From NCBI GenBank assembly GCA_027084135.1, contig JALWLO010000025.1, positions 3,026 through 67,025 of the forward strand: DNA of 64,000 nt, given 5' to 3'. Made by a program: the position numbers and the translations under genes. Of this stretch, positions 30,114 to 40,458 are shown one piece after another. Positions within the stretch are counted from its first letter, which is position 1, and each line of letters opens with the position of its first letter. The stretch is from Campylobacterales bacterium. Its GTDB lineage: Bacteria; Campylobacterota; Campylobacteria; Campylobacterales; QNZT01. Below the pieces are notes generated by a model that searched no databases, was not told the origin of the DNA, and worked only from the letters and a program-made list of their open reading frames with translations.

Positions 30114-31091
30114 TTACGCTCTACCAAATAGTTTTTTTGTGATCGTTGCAGTGATATTTTTCAAAAAGCCTTCACCGCTCTTTTTATATTTGATCGGTCT
30201 ACAGGCTTTGATCGTACTAAGCCCTACCCTAGCTACCAAGATACCATTTGCCACACCTTGTGCTGAGTGTGCGGAGAGTTTCGACAAAAAGGAGTTTCCC
30301 AGTAGGTCGTGTGAATGATTTGCTAAGATATCGGTCACACTCGCAAAAGCTAAGATACCAAATACCCTCTTATAGAGCGCCAACCTGCCGGCAAAGTGAG
30401 GCTTATAACCATAAACTTTTGCAATTTCCGTTATCATCATATGACTTCTTGATATGATCAAAAGCGCATCGATAAAGGCAACCGGACTAATCGCGGTCGA
30501 TAGAGCTGTTTGGGTGGAGTATTTGGATATCTTCTCTCTCGCCAAATTATCCAACTTATCTAACACCCTCTCTTCAAATCTTTTTGCTATCTCACCCTCC
30601 AAAAGTGTATCGATCTCTTCATGATATCTTTTCGCGGCGTTTGCAATCTCTTCATCCGGATGTTTGAGATACTCTCCAGAGAGCTTCTTAAAAAAGCTTT
30701 TTGTTTTGGCAGATGGATTTTTAATCAACTCTTGGGCCTCTTTTTGAAGATTGTCGATCTCTTTGATCTTTTTGAAATCCCTATACTCACCGTAAAAGAT
30801 GTACCCTAAAAGAGCTATAAATAGTAGTACTAAGATAAGATAGAGCGAACCTATAATCGGCGAAGTGGCAAACATGGCGGAGATATTGGTGATAAAACTA
30901 TAGAGCATCGAAACTAAGATAATCGAGAAAAATAGTCCAAAGAGAAGGATCGATTTTTTGATACCGCTCTTGATGGAGTGCTTTTTCTCTTCAACCATCT
31001 TAGTGATACTTTTTACCATAAAATTGCTCGCCTCTTGCGTATCTTTCTCATCTAATTGAGTCTCATCTATCCTCATAGGAGTTTTTTTCAT
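30114..31091 (-). CDS. ycjF: YcjF-family membrane protein
   Basis: 325 aa. Two central TM helices and a C-terminal domain typical of YcjF. 4-nt overlap with ycjX. Confidence 0.72.
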   Translation of the reverse strand: MKKTPMRIDETQLDEKDTQEASNFMVKSITKMVEEKKHSIKSGIKKSILLFGLFFSIILVSMLYSFITNISAMFATSPIIGSLYLILVLLFIALLGYIFYGEYRDFKKIKEIDNLQKEAQELIKNPSAKTKSFFKKLSGEYLKHPDEEIANAAKRYHEEIDTLLEGEIAKRFEERVLDKLDNLAREKISKYSTQTALSTAISPVAFIDALLIISRSHMMITEIAKVYGYKPHFAGRLALYKRVFGILAFASVTDILANHSHDLLGNSFLSKLSAHSAQGVANGILVARVGLSTIKACRPIKYKKSGEGFLKNITATITKKLFGRA

Positions 31092-32464
31092 AAATGTTTC
31101 CTTAATATCGAATATATTAACCTATCCATCCTGATATGATCAACCGCTTTTGTGCTATCATTTGGAAAGGGAATAGGTCGAAAGTTTGGAAATTTAAAGC
31201 TATGCTCTTTCCATATCTCCTCGCTATCTATCTCCCTCGGTAAAATACCCGGAAAGTGTATAGAGGGCTTATCTTCACCTTCAACCACTCCCTTGATACA
31301 CTCCAACACTTTTCCCTCATGTTTTACCTTAAGATATTCAGTTGATTTGACTGCGGAAAATATCGTCACCTCCGTATCCGCATGCATGATATCTAGCTCT
31401 CTTTTGATGTGGTGTATCATCCTTTCTAACAGATCTTTATAGCTATTATATTGAGACGGTGGTATGAAGTCAGCCTTCGTTGCGGCAAATATCACATGAT
31501 CTATCTTTAAACCGAAGAGTTTTGTTAAAAAGTTATTATTGCCGTACTCGAAACTCTTTAATATATGTTTGAACGCAAGTCTCATATCTTCAAAACTATC
31601 TCTACCATACTGAAGAGTTTTGATTAGATCTACCAGAACGATTTGTGAGTCAAACTCTCTAAAGTGCTCTAAATAGAGTCTTTTGACCACTTCGCTCTTG
31701 TATAGCTCAAACCTCTTTTTAAATCTAGCGTAAATCGAGTTTTCATCAACGCTTTTAACAGATGGCTTAGGAGATGGCTTAGGAAGCGGGGCAAAATAGA
31801 GCATAGGATCTCCCGCCATATCTCCGGGCTCTAAAAACCTTCCGGGTTGGGTAAATGAGAAGTGATTGTAGTGCAAGAGCTTAAGATATTCGCAATAGCT
31901 ATCATGAATCATCTCATCGATGGCTTTGTCACTTTTAGCATAGAGATCATTCTCTTCCAATATCCTTAAAAAGCCTTGACTATACTCTTTCCTTCTTCCA
32001 CTTTGGGCTAACTTTAGGATCATATCCGACCACGCTTCAAAAGAGAGGTTTAGCATCGTAAGATCAAGCAGCCACTCTCCGGGATAATCTATCAACTCAA
32101 GTTCGATGATTTCATTATCAAAAAATGCATACTCACTTTTGATTTCTAGTTGTAGTGTTGTTTTGCTAACTGACTTTGTAGGTTTTGGCCAAACCGGCGC
32201 ATCTTTTTGAAAATCTTTCAATTTAGAGTAGTAATCAAATCGACTATAGATGCCATCCGGAGGAAGGAGTCTTGCGACAAAATCTCTCCCGATCTTCTCA
32301 TTAAGATAGGGAAGTTTGTCATTTGCCAAGAGCTGATTGATCAGGGATGTAATAAATACAGTTTTTCCACTTCTGCTAAGTCCGGTAATAGCAACTCTAA
32401 TCTTTTTATCCGGTAACGGTATTTTAAACGGCAACTCAATCTCTTTTAGAAAATCAAACAACAC
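31088..32464 (-). CDS. ycjX: YcjX-family P-loop GTPase/ATPase
   Basis: 458 aa. Walker A GLSRSGKT near the N-terminus, ATKAD (NKxD-like), and the conserved ycjX-ycjF pairing. Confidence 0.8.
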   Translation of the reverse strand: MLFDFLKEIELPFKIPLPDKKIRVAITGLSRSGKTVFITSLINQLLANDKLPYLNEKIGRDFVARLLPPDGIYSRFDYYSKLKDFQKDAPVWPKPTKSVSKTTLQLEIKSEYAFFDNEIIELELIDYPGEWLLDLTMLNLSFEAWSDMILKLAQSGRRKEYSQGFLRILEENDLYAKSDKAIDEMIHDSYCEYLKLLHYNHFSFTQPGRFLEPGDMAGDPMLYFAPLPKPSPKPSVKSVDENSIYARFKKRFELYKSEVVKRLYLEHFREFDSQIVLVDLIKTLQYGRDSFEDMRLAFKHILKSFEYGNNNFLTKLFGLKIDHVIFAATKADFIPPSQYNSYKDLLERMIHHIKRELDIMHADTEVTIFSAVKSTEYLKVKHEGKVLECIKGVVEGEDKPSIHFPGILPREIDSEEIWKEHSFKFPNFRPIPFPNDSTKAVDHIRMDRLIYSILRKHL

Positions 32465-32546
32465 TAACCTCTCTTAATGTATCTTCGATATTATATCAAA
32501 AGTGGAAAAAATATTCTAACATATCAAAAACTTTTATAGGAGTATT

Positions 32547-33044
32547 ATGGGAAAGATAGAGCAAAAAGATTTTGATAAGATATTATCGATCATACCTCAA
32601 AACTACCCGTCCATCAATATCTTCCACATTTGTGATAGATATTTTGAGACGGTAGCGTATATAGAGGAGTTTAGCCGTCACAACGGCTATAGTTACGACC
32701 TCTTTTTGATTGACGAGTCAAAAAGAAAATATATCAAAAAGGAGAATTACAAACTTTTAAAACTCTCCCAAAGGCGCTACAATCGTCAATCAAAAAAGTA
32801 TGAGTATGTTTTTGTCGATTTGGATTTAAATCAGATAGAAAAACTGCCGCTATTTTTCAAAAAGATATATGAGTTATCTAAAAACGGTGCTAAACTACTC
32901 ATGATCTGCAAAGATAGAAGTAAACTTGGTGAACTTTATAAAATTTTAGAAGATGAATTTTTTGTAGCGATAAATCCGATTGATGATGTTTTAGAAGATC
33001 TTACGGTTATTACTGCAAGAAAGATGCACGGTTGGGGAGGTTAG
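32547..33044 (+). CDS. Hypothetical protein (165 aa), possibly a degenerate methyltransferase-like fold
   Basis: Strong SD (ATAGGAG) 5 nt upstream of the ATG. The C-terminal YEYVFVDLDL...LSKNGAKLLMI resembles post-motif-II of class I MTases, but there is no GxGxG. The stop TAG lies inside a TTAGTACTAA motif. Confidence 0.45.
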   Translation: MGKIEQKDFDKILSIIPQNYPSINIFHICDRYFETVAYIEEFSRHNGYSYDLFLIDESKRKYIKKENYKLLKLSQRRYNRQSKKYEYVFVDLDLNQIEKLPLFFKKIYELSKNGAKLLMICKDRSKLGELYKILEDEFFVAINPIDDVLEDLTVITARKMHGWGG

Positions 33045-33058
33045 TACTAAGTACTAAA
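33041..33058. repeat. Tandem copy of the iterated palindrome (TTAGTACTAA-GTACTAAA) filling a 9-nt convergent intergenic gap
   Basis: ggTTAGTACTAAGTACTAAAtc. TAG 33042-33044 ends the plus-strand gene. The complement of CTA 33054-33056 is the TAG stop of oorC. Confidence 0.9.
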
Positions 33059-33623
33059 TCTCCACCTTCCCATTTTCTAATGCCTCTTTAGCATACTTTT
33101 TACCAAGCTCCCAAGCCTTGATATTTGCCTCAAGCACTTTTGGCGGAACCTTCTTCTTCATCGCCTCAAAGACCTTCTCTTCATCCATCACATGTGTCAT
33201 TGTCACTGCGATCGCAAGCGCTACAACCGATTGTGTAACCACATTACCAACCTCATACTTGGCAACTCTAATGATAGGTATCTCATAGATCTTCCACTTT
33301 TTTCTATCCTCATCAGTCGGATGGACAAGATCGGGATCTACAACGATGATACCGCCCTCTTTTACACCGTTTTTAAACTGATCATAGCTCACTTGCGCAA
33401 CAGAGAGCATAAACTCGATCTCTCCGTCGATCGCATATGGAAAAAGTATCTCTTTATCATCCAAGAGTATATCCACGACAGTCGGACCACCCCTCACTTG
33501 AGAGGTATAAGTCGCCGCTTTAACTCCGTAACCGCCTTCAGCTATCTTGGCGGCAGCTAAAATCTCTCCCGCCAATAAAACACCCTGACCACCTACACCT
33601 GTAAATCTAATTTGGTTTCTCAT
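33054..33623 (-). CDS. oorC: 2-oxoglutarate:ferredoxin oxidoreductase gamma subunit
   Basis: 189 aa. N-terminal RFTGVGGQGVLLAG motif. Last gene of the oorDABC order. Confidence 0.9.
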   Translation of the reverse strand: MRNQIRFTGVGGQGVLLAGEILAAAKIAEGGYGVKAATYTSQVRGGPTVVDILLDDKEILFPYAIDGEIEFMLSVAQVSYDQFKNGVKEGGIIVVDPDLVHPTDEDRKKWKIYEIPIIRVAKYEVGNVVTQSVVALAIAVTMTHVMDEEKVFEAMKKKVPPKVLEANIKAWELGKKYAKEALENGKVEI

Positions 33624-34465
33624 TCAAAATCCTTTGTGGTGATTTTTGGTGCCTTTCCTTGCGCAGCTTCAATCACTCTATCATAAAGCTCACAATACTC
33701 AGGCTGCTCTTTTTCAAGTAGAATACCAGTAGGGAAAAGATGCTTTCTCTCCTCCTCACTCATCTTGTCATATTTACTCTTACCGACAGTTATTTGATCA
33801 ATCCAGTCAATATTTTGCATCGCTTCACCCATCTTATTTTTTCTACCGAGATTGATGTGGCAGTTACTAAAGATATCGAAGAAGCTAAACCCTTTATGTT
33901 GGAAACCTTTTACAAAAACCTTCTCTATTCTTTTTGGATCACATACGCTCTCTCTTGCGATAAATGTCGCTCCTGAACCCTCAGCAAGTTTACATGCATC
34001 AAAAGTTGGATCAATATTTCCATATTGTGTAGTAACAGCCCACATACCTTGAGGTGTAGTAGGTGAAACTTGTGAATTGGTTAAACCGTAGATAAAGTTG
34101 TTGATTAATATAAAATTAATATCAATATTTCTTCTACAACCATGAATCGTATGGTTACCTCCAATCGCCAAACCATCACCGTCACCGGCAATAACAAAAA
34201 CATGTTTATCAGGATTGGCAAGTTTGATACCGGTCGCATAGGCAACCGTTCTACCGTGTGTGGTATGCACAGTATTACAATTCACATAAGATGAAAACCT
34301 ACCGCTACATCCGATGCCTGAAACAACACAGACATCATCCATATTCCATCCAAGTTTATCAATTGCCCTGATAAACGCCTTTAGAATTATTCCATCTCCA
34401 CAACCCCAACACCAAAGTGTCGGCATCTTATCCGTTCTTAAATATTCATCGTAATTAAAAGCCAT
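33620..34465 (-). CDS. oorB: 2-oxoglutarate:ferredoxin oxidoreductase beta (ThDP-binding) subunit
   Basis: 281 aa. WCWGCGDG cysteine motif, and GDGDGLAIGGNH ThDP/Mg motif. Confidence 0.93.
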   Translation of the reverse strand: MAFNYDEYLRTDKMPTLWCWGCGDGIILKAFIRAIDKLGWNMDDVCVVSGIGCSGRFSSYVNCNTVHTTHGRTVAYATGIKLANPDKHVFVIAGDGDGLAIGGNHTIHGCRRNIDINFILINNFIYGLTNSQVSPTTPQGMWAVTTQYGNIDPTFDACKLAEGSGATFIARESVCDPKRIEKVFVKGFQHKGFSFFDIFSNCHINLGRKNKMGEAMQNIDWIDQITVGKSKYDKMSEEERKHLFPTGILLEKEQPEYCELYDRVIEAAQGKAPKITTKDFE

Positions 34466-35607
34466 TAGAACATCTCCTTCACTTTTGCTACCATCTCTAA
34501 CGGTGGAATCGGTCTACCATTTGCAGTCCTTAAGGTTGCAAAATCTTTTCTCCCCGTCACCCTCTCTATCTCTTCCGTATATTGACCAACTTGATTGAGT
34601 TCTGTAATAAAAATTTTATCAAATCTTTTACCAATCTCTGCTATCTTCTCAGCAGGACTTGGCCACATCATAATAGGTCTAAAGAGACCCGCTTTGATAC
34701 CATCTTCTCTCAGTTTTACAACAGCCTCCTTGGCACCCCTTGAGATTGAACCATAAGCGATGATACATACTTCCGCATCATCTAGCATAAACTCTTCATA
34801 GTCAGCTTCGTCGTCAAGTTTACCGACATCTTGGATTTTACCGACCAATCTCTTTATATTATATGCACATTGATCTTTATCTTCAGTCGGGAAACCGGTA
34901 GGACCATGATGTAAACCTGTTATATGGTATCTATACCCTTTAAACATAGGATTTAAAACAGCCGGCTTATTCATCTCAGCCTCATATGGCTTATAATCTT
35001 TTGGATCACCTGTAAATTCTGCCCTTTTCACAAGTGAGCTTTGAACCTCTTCAAGATCAGGCAATATCGCCTTTCCATGCATATGACCAAGCGTCTCATC
35101 AAGCAGTACAAAGACAGGTGTCATATACTTCTCTGCAAGATTAAACGCCCTTACAGTTTGTGTATAACACTCCTCAAGACTTCCCGGACAAAGTGTAATA
35201 GAGGCATAATCGCCGTGAGTTGGATATTTGGCTTGCCCGATATCAGCCTGTGAAACCCTTGTAGGAAGACCGGTTGAAGGACCACCTCTCATCACATTTG
35301 CGATCACCAAAGGTATCTCCGCCATAAAACCTAATCCGATCTGCTCAGCCTTAAGAGATATACCCGGTCCACTTGAAGCCGTCATCGACTTTTTACCGCT
35401 CATACTCGCTCCAAGAGCAGCAGAGATACCGCCTATCTCATCCTCCATCTGAATAAACTTATACCCTTTTTTAGGAAGTAGCACACTCATATCATGAGCT
35501 ATTTCACTAGAAGGTGTGATAGGATAACCACCAAAAAATTCACACTCAGCATCATACGCCGCTAACGCACACAATGAGTTTCCACTTGATATTAATTCTC
35601 TTGACAT
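34465..35607 (-). CDS. oorA: 2-oxoglutarate:ferredoxin oxidoreductase alpha subunit
   Basis: 380 aa. GYPITPSSEI and the typical KorA/OorA core. Confidence 0.93.
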   Translation of the reverse strand: MSRELISSGNSLCALAAYDAECEFFGGYPITPSSEIAHDMSVLLPKKGYKFIQMEDEIGGISAALGASMSGKKSMTASSGPGISLKAEQIGLGFMAEIPLVIANVMRGGPSTGLPTRVSQADIGQAKYPTHGDYASITLCPGSLEECYTQTVRAFNLAEKYMTPVFVLLDETLGHMHGKAILPDLEEVQSSLVKRAEFTGDPKDYKPYEAEMNKPAVLNPMFKGYRYHITGLHHGPTGFPTEDKDQCAYNIKRLVGKIQDVGKLDDEADYEEFMLDDAEVCIIAYGSISRGAKEAVVKLREDGIKAGLFRPIMMWPSPAEKIAEIGKRFDKIFITELNQVGQYTEEIERVTGRKDFATLRTANGRPIPPLEMVAKVKEMF

Positions 35608-35616
35608 TCTCTCTCC

Positions 35617-35934
35617 TTACGCACTTAGTGCCATATAGTGATTTTCTCTGATTTGCTCAGCTCTCTTTTTAGCCTCATCAGTCAGTTTTGCAAACTTATA
35701 CTCTTTTCTATCTGCAACGAATATCGCAAAATCAGGACAGTGTAGTTCACAATCATTACAACCGATACAAAAATCGGGTGTTTGCACACTGATCGTTGCA
35801 CCAAGTATCGTTTGATCTGACGGAACCATCGCTAAAACTCCAGCCGGACACATCGCAACACATATATCGCACGCCTTACATCTACTTATATCAACCCAAA
35901 CCGGTGTATTTTCCGGTGCTTTCATTAAACCCAT
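35617..35934 (-). CDS. oorD: 2-oxoglutarate:ferredoxin oxidoreductase delta subunit (2x[4Fe-4S] ferredoxin)
   Basis: 105 aa. Two CxxCxxCxxxCP clusters (CKACDICVAMCP, CIGCNDCELHCP). Confidence 0.9.
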   Translation of the reverse strand: MGLMKAPENTPVWVDISRCKACDICVAMCPAGVLAMVPSDQTILGATISVQTPDFCIGCNDCELHCPDFAIFVADRKEYKFAKLTDEAKKRAEQIRENHYMALSA

Positions 35935-35944
35935 ATACTCTCCT

Positions 35945-36820
35945 TTACTTTTGATTTAAAACTTCAGCTACAGCTTTGCCGATCTCAGCTGGACTTACAA
36001 CCACTTTCACGCCCGCAGCTTCAAGCGCATCCATCTTCTCTTTTGCAGTTCCACTACTTCCGCTCACAATCGCTCCGGCATGACCCATCCGTTTTCCTTT
36101 TGGAGCGGTTTGACCGGCTATAAAGGCTACAACAGGTTTTGTAATATTCTCTTTGATAAATTTCGCAGCTTGAATCTCCAAATCTCCACCGATCTCACCT
36201 ATCATAACGATAGCTTCCGTTTCAGGATCATCTTCAAACATCGGAAGTAGCTGTTTATAGCTAAGACCGATGATAGGATCGCCGCCTATACCTACAGCTG
36301 TAGTGATACCGTAACCCTCTTTTACGATCTGGTTTGCACCCTCATAGGTGAGTGTTCCAGATTTACTAATGAGTCCAACATTCCCTTTTTTAAATATCAT
36401 GCCAGGCATAATACCTATCTTACACTCTTCGGCAGTGATAATACCGGGACAATTTGGACCGATTGTTTTCATACCGTTTTTAACCGCATACGCTTTTGCC
36501 ATCATCATATCTTTTACAGGTGCCCCCTCAGTTATGATAACGGCAAGCTCTATTCCGGCATCGGCTGCCTCCATAACCGCATCGGCAACAAAAGCAGGCG
36601 GTACAAACACCATACTTACTGTGGCTCCCGTCTTGGCTTTTGCCTCTTTGACTGTATTAAATACAGGTTTGCCTAGATGCTCTTGACCACCCTTGCCCGG
36701 AGTAACGCCCCCAACGATTTGGGTACCATACTCCATACACTGCTGTGAGTGAAAAGTCCCTTCACTTCCGGTAAACCCCTGTACGATAACTTTTGTATCT
36801 TTATTGACTAAAATACTCAT
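35945..36820 (-). CDS. sucD: Succinyl-CoA synthetase alpha subunit
   Basis: 291 aa. [20 protein letters not shown] and MGHAGAI (phosphohistidine) motifs. Confidence 0.96.
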   Translation of the reverse strand: MSILVNKDTKVIVQGFTGSEGTFHSQQCMEYGTQIVGGVTPGKGGQEHLGKPVFNTVKEAKAKTGATVSMVFVPPAFVADAVMEAADAGIELAVIITEGAPVKDMMMAKAYAVKNGMKTIGPNCPGIITAEECKIGIMPGMIFKKGNVGLISKSGTLTYEGANQIVKEGYGITTAVGIGGDPIIGLSYKQLLPMFEDDPETEAIVMIGEIGGDLEIQAAKFIKENITKPVVAFIAGQTAPKGKRMGHAGAIVSGSSGTAKEKMDALEAAGVKVVVSPAEIGKAVAEVLNQK

Positions 36821-37995
36821 ACTAACTCTCCTTTTGCCGCAGCTACAGCTTTTTTTGCTCCGTCAGCCAAATCCGTAGCTGTTATGATGTTCTTGATATT
36901 TGCATTTTTCAGTATCTCTGCCGCTTCTTTGGCATTTGTTCCATCGAGACGAACGATCACTGGAACATTTACATCTACCTTTTTAGTCGCCTCTAAAATA
37001 CCGTTTGCAATCCTGTCACACCTTACAATTCCGCCAAAGATATTTACAAAGATCGCTTTTACTTTAGGATTTTTCAAAATAATCTCAAAGCCCTTCGCAA
37101 CCGTCTCAGCTGAAGCAGTTCCACCGACATCAAGGAAGTTTGCCGGTGTACCGCCCATATAGTTGATAGCATCCATCGTACCCATCGCAAGCCCGGCACC
37201 GTTTACCATACAGCCTATCTCTCCGTCAAGCGCGACATAACTCAGACCATATTTACTCGCCTCTCTCTCATCCGGATCCTCTTCACTGATATCTCTCATC
37301 GCCTCGATCTCCGGATGTCTAAAAAGCGCACTATCATCAAATCCCATCTTACCGTCAAGTGCTACAAATTCTCCCTCACCGGTTTTGATCAGAGGATTAA
37401 TCTCTATCAGTTCTGCATCTTTATCCATATAGACTTTATAGAGTTTGGAAGCAAACGAGATCATATTTTTTTGCTCTTTTTTGTCGGTGATGCCCAAGCC
37501 AAAAACCAACTCTCTACCGTGAAAAGGTTGAAAACCGATAGTAGGATCAACAGCCACTTTCACAATTTTTTCAGGGGTCTCTTCCGCAACCTTCTCAATC
37601 TCCATGCCTCCTTCGGTACTAGCCATGATAACCGGCATCTCTTTCGCTCTGTCAAGCACCACGCCAAGATAGAACTCATCTTGGATATCGGCACCATCCT
37701 CAATATAGACTTTTTGAACAAGTTTTCCTTCAGGTCCGGTTTGATGCGTCACAAGAGTCATACCAAGTATCTCATTTGTATACGTCTCAACCTCTTCAAG
37801 AGTTTTGGCAAGCTTTACACCACCGCCTAGTCCTCTACCTCCGGCATGAATCTGAGCCTTTACTACCCAAATCGGACCTCCAAGCTCTTTCGCAGCCTCT
37901 AAAGCCTCTTCTACCGTATTGGCAACCTTCCCTTTAGGTGTCGGTATTCCATACTCTCTAAATATCTCTTTTGCTTGATACTCATGTATATTCAT
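36817..37995 (-). CDS. sucC: Succinyl-CoA synthetase beta subunit
   Basis: 392 aa. [24 protein letters not shown], and an ATP-grasp plus ligase-CoA domain. 4-nt overlap with sucD. Confidence 0.96.
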   Translation of the reverse strand: MNIHEYQAKEIFREYGIPTPKGKVANTVEEALEAAKELGGPIWVVKAQIHAGGRGLGGGVKLAKTLEEVETYTNEILGMTLVTHQTGPEGKLVQKVYIEDGADIQDEFYLGVVLDRAKEMPVIMASTEGGMEIEKVAEETPEKIVKVAVDPTIGFQPFHGRELVFGLGITDKKEQKNMISFASKLYKVYMDKDAELIEINPLIKTGEGEFVALDGKMGFDDSALFRHPEIEAMRDISEEDPDEREASKYGLSYVALDGEIGCMVNGAGLAMGTMDAINYMGGTPANFLDVGGTASAETVAKGFEIILKNPKVKAIFVNIFGGIVRCDRIANGILEATKKVDVNVPVIVRLDGTNAKEAAEILKNANIKNIITATDLADGAKKAVAAAKGELV

Positions 37996-37998
37996 TAA

Positions 37999-38562
37999 CT
38001 AATCCTCCTTAACTTCATACGCTTTTCTACCCTCTTCGTAGAGATCGCATCCATACATATCATTGACAACCGTAACCGGAAAATCTTCAACCTCAAGCTC
38101 TCTCACAGCCTCAGGTCCAAGTTCCGGATAGGCGATCACTTTTGCACTCTTTATCTGCTTACCAAGAAGCGCTCCCGCACCACCGGTCGCACCGAAATAG
38201 ACAGCCTTATGTTTTTTGCAAGCTTCAATCACCTCTTTGCTTCTCTTTCCTTTACCGATCATCCCTTTTTGTCCGGCAGCAATCAATGTCGGTGAATAGC
38301 TATCCATTCTATAACTTGTTGTAGGACCGGCACTTCCGATAGGATCACCCGGCTTCGGCGGAGTAGGACCTACAAAATAGATCACACTCCCTTTTAGATC
38401 AAACGGCAACGCTTCACCCTTCTCTAAGAGCTCAACAAGTCTTTTATGTGCGGCATCTCTAGCGGTATAGATGATGCCACTCAGTTTCACAACATCGCCA
38501 CACTTCAACTTCTCTATATCTTCATCACTCAAAGGAGTTGTTAAATGGTAGGTTTTACTCAT
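37999..38562 (-). CDS. Class I (Fe-S) fumarate hydratase, beta/C-terminal subunit
   Basis: 187 aa. GIIYTARDAAHKRL and GPTTSYRMD motifs. Tartrate dehydratase beta is a formal alternative, but the TCA-gene context favours fumarase. Confidence 0.85.
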   Translation of the reverse strand: MSKTYHLTTPLSDEDIEKLKCGDVVKLSGIIYTARDAAHKRLVELLEKGEALPFDLKGSVIYFVGPTPPKPGDPIGSAGPTTSYRMDSYSPTLIAAGQKGMIGKGKRSKEVIEACKKHKAVYFGATGGAGALLGKQIKSAKVIAYPELGPEAVRELEVEDFPVTVVNDMYGCDLYEEGRKAYEVKED

Positions 38563-38578
38563 ACTTCTCTCTCCTTGA

Positions 38579-39430
38579 CTATATCGTTATGTGCGTATGT
38601 CTTGAACTGTGACACTGTACATTTACCGAAACCGGCAAACTTGCGATGTGACACGGATTTGCCTCTATATGTACCGCTAAAACGGTCTCTGAGCCGCCCA
38701 TACCCATGGATCCTATTCCAAGCTTATTTAACTCATTTTTAATCGTCTCTTCGAGTTTTGCCATCTCAGGATCCTCATTTACACTACCAATCTCTCTAAA
38801 AAGGGCATGTTTGCTTGATATGGCTGCTTTTTCAAATGTACCGCCTATTCCGACTCCAACCGTTAAAGGAGGACAAGGATTTCCTCCCGCATCGCTAATC
38901 ACCTCTTTGACAAATTTTATAACACCCTCTTTGCCCGCTGCAGGCGGCAGAACTCTTGCGCGACTTACATTTTCGCTTCCGCCGCCTTTAGCGGCATATT
39001 CGATCTCAAGTTTATCGCCCGGCACCAAATCAAAGTGGATAATAGCAGGCAAGTTATAGCCGATCTTATCTTTGAGGTTGGCTCTACTAAAGCATTCACA
39101 AGTTGAGGCTCGAAGATACCCCTCCTCATAACCTTTAGCAGTGCCCTCATTGATCGCATCTTTGAGTGAACCGCCGACCACTTTCAAATCCTCTCCAACT
39201 TTGACAAAAAAGACGGCAAGACCGGTATCTTGACACAGAGGTCTATCTTCACTGCTTGCTATTTTAGCATTCTCTAAAAGCTGTTTTAATACCTCTTTAC
39301 TCACAGGAGACTTCTCCTTTTCATAAGCCTCCTTCATCGCCTTTAGAGCATCTTCCGGAAGATTGTAGGCGGTATGGATAATCATCTTTTTGATCGCATC
39401 TACGATATCTTCATACTTTAACTCTCTCAT
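38579..39430 (-). CDS. Class I (Fe-S) fumarate hydratase, alpha/N-terminal subunit
   Basis: 283 aa. CQDTG motif plus additional Cys ligands. Paired with the beta subunit downstream. Confidence 0.85.
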   Translation of the reverse strand: MRELKYEDIVDAIKKMIIHTAYNLPEDALKAMKEAYEKEKSPVSKEVLKQLLENAKIASSEDRPLCQDTGLAVFFVKVGEDLKVVGGSLKDAINEGTAKGYEEGYLRASTCECFSRANLKDKIGYNLPAIIHFDLVPGDKLEIEYAAKGGGSENVSRARVLPPAAGKEGVIKFVKEVISDAGGNPCPPLTVGVGIGGTFEKAAISSKHALFREIGSVNEDPEMAKLEETIKNELNKLGIGSMGMGGSETVLAVHIEANPCHIASLPVSVNVQCHSSRHTHITI

Positions 39431-39433
39431 CTA

Positions 39434-40390
39434 CTATCCTATATCATCAAAGAAGTTGTTTTTATGGAGTGTATCGATTAACGCCTTGACGGAATTGCAA
39501 CTTTTTTCAAAATTTTTAGCCTGCTTCTCATTGAGAGAGACCTCTATGAACTTCTCTACACCGTTTGAGCCGAGTGCTACCGGTATGCCCGAAACCACAT
39601 CCTTATATCCGTACTCACCGTCTAGTAGAACTGCACACGGGAATATCTGCTTGGTATTGTTAAGGATCGCTTCTACCATGATGGCGGTCGATTTTGCCGG
39701 TGCATAGTAGGCTGAACCTGTTTTGAGATAACTTACGATCTCAGCACCTCCGTTTCTTGTCTTTTCCACAATCTCTTCGATCTCCTCATCGCTTAAAAGA
39801 TCTGTTAACGGTACACCTGCAATGGTAGAAAATCTAGGTAACGGAACCATATCATCACCATGACCGCCCATTACAGATGCTCTAATCTGACCAGCACCAT
39901 ATTTGACCTTCTCAAAGATAAAGTGCGCCATCCTTGCGCTATCTAGGATACCTGCCATACCTACAACTCTATTTCTGTCCCAACCGGTCGCTTTGAGTGC
40001 CACATAGACCATCGCATCAAGTGGGTTTGTAACAGGAATCAATATCGCATTTGGAGAGTATTTTTTAATATCTAGTACTACCTCTTTCATAATAGCGGCA
40101 TTGATCATCAATAGATCATCTCTGCTCATTCCTGGCTTTCTTGGACTTCCAGCTGTGATAATGACAATGTCACAATCGGTTAATTCACTCATATCTTCTG
40201 CTACACTTACAACAGTATGTTGTCTTGCGGCGTTTGCGGCCTGACTCATATCTAGAGCCATCCCTTTTGCTCTATCAATTTTATTATCTCTTAATATGAT
40301 CTCATGGCATACTCCTCGCATGGCAAGTGAGTATGCCACAGTAGCTCCCACATTTCCAGCTCCAACTATTCCTACCCTTGTTCCTTTCAT
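39434..40390 (-). CDS. mdh: Malate dehydrogenase (LDH-like family)
   Basis: 318 aa. GAGNVGAT Rossmann motif, [16 protein letters not shown], and [10 protein letters not shown] typical of LDH-like MDHs. Confidence 0.92.
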   Translation of the reverse strand: MKGTRVGIVGAGNVGATVAYSLAMRGVCHEIILRDNKIDRAKGMALDMSQAANAARQHTVVSVAEDMSELTDCDIVIITAGSPRKPGMSRDDLLMINAAIMKEVVLDIKKYSPNAILIPVTNPLDAMVYVALKATGWDRNRVVGMAGILDSARMAHFIFEKVKYGAGQIRASVMGGHGDDMVPLPRFSTIAGVPLTDLLSDEEIEEIVEKTRNGGAEIVSYLKTGSAYYAPAKSTAIMVEAILNNTKQIFPCAVLLDGEYGYKDVVSGIPVALGSNGVEKFIEVSLNEKQAKNFEKSCNSVKALIDTLHKNNFFDDIG

Positions 40391-40458
40391 CTCTCTCCTT
40401 TGCTTTTAGTAAAACCTACAATTAACCGATCGAAAAGATCAACTAACTATAGATTTTA

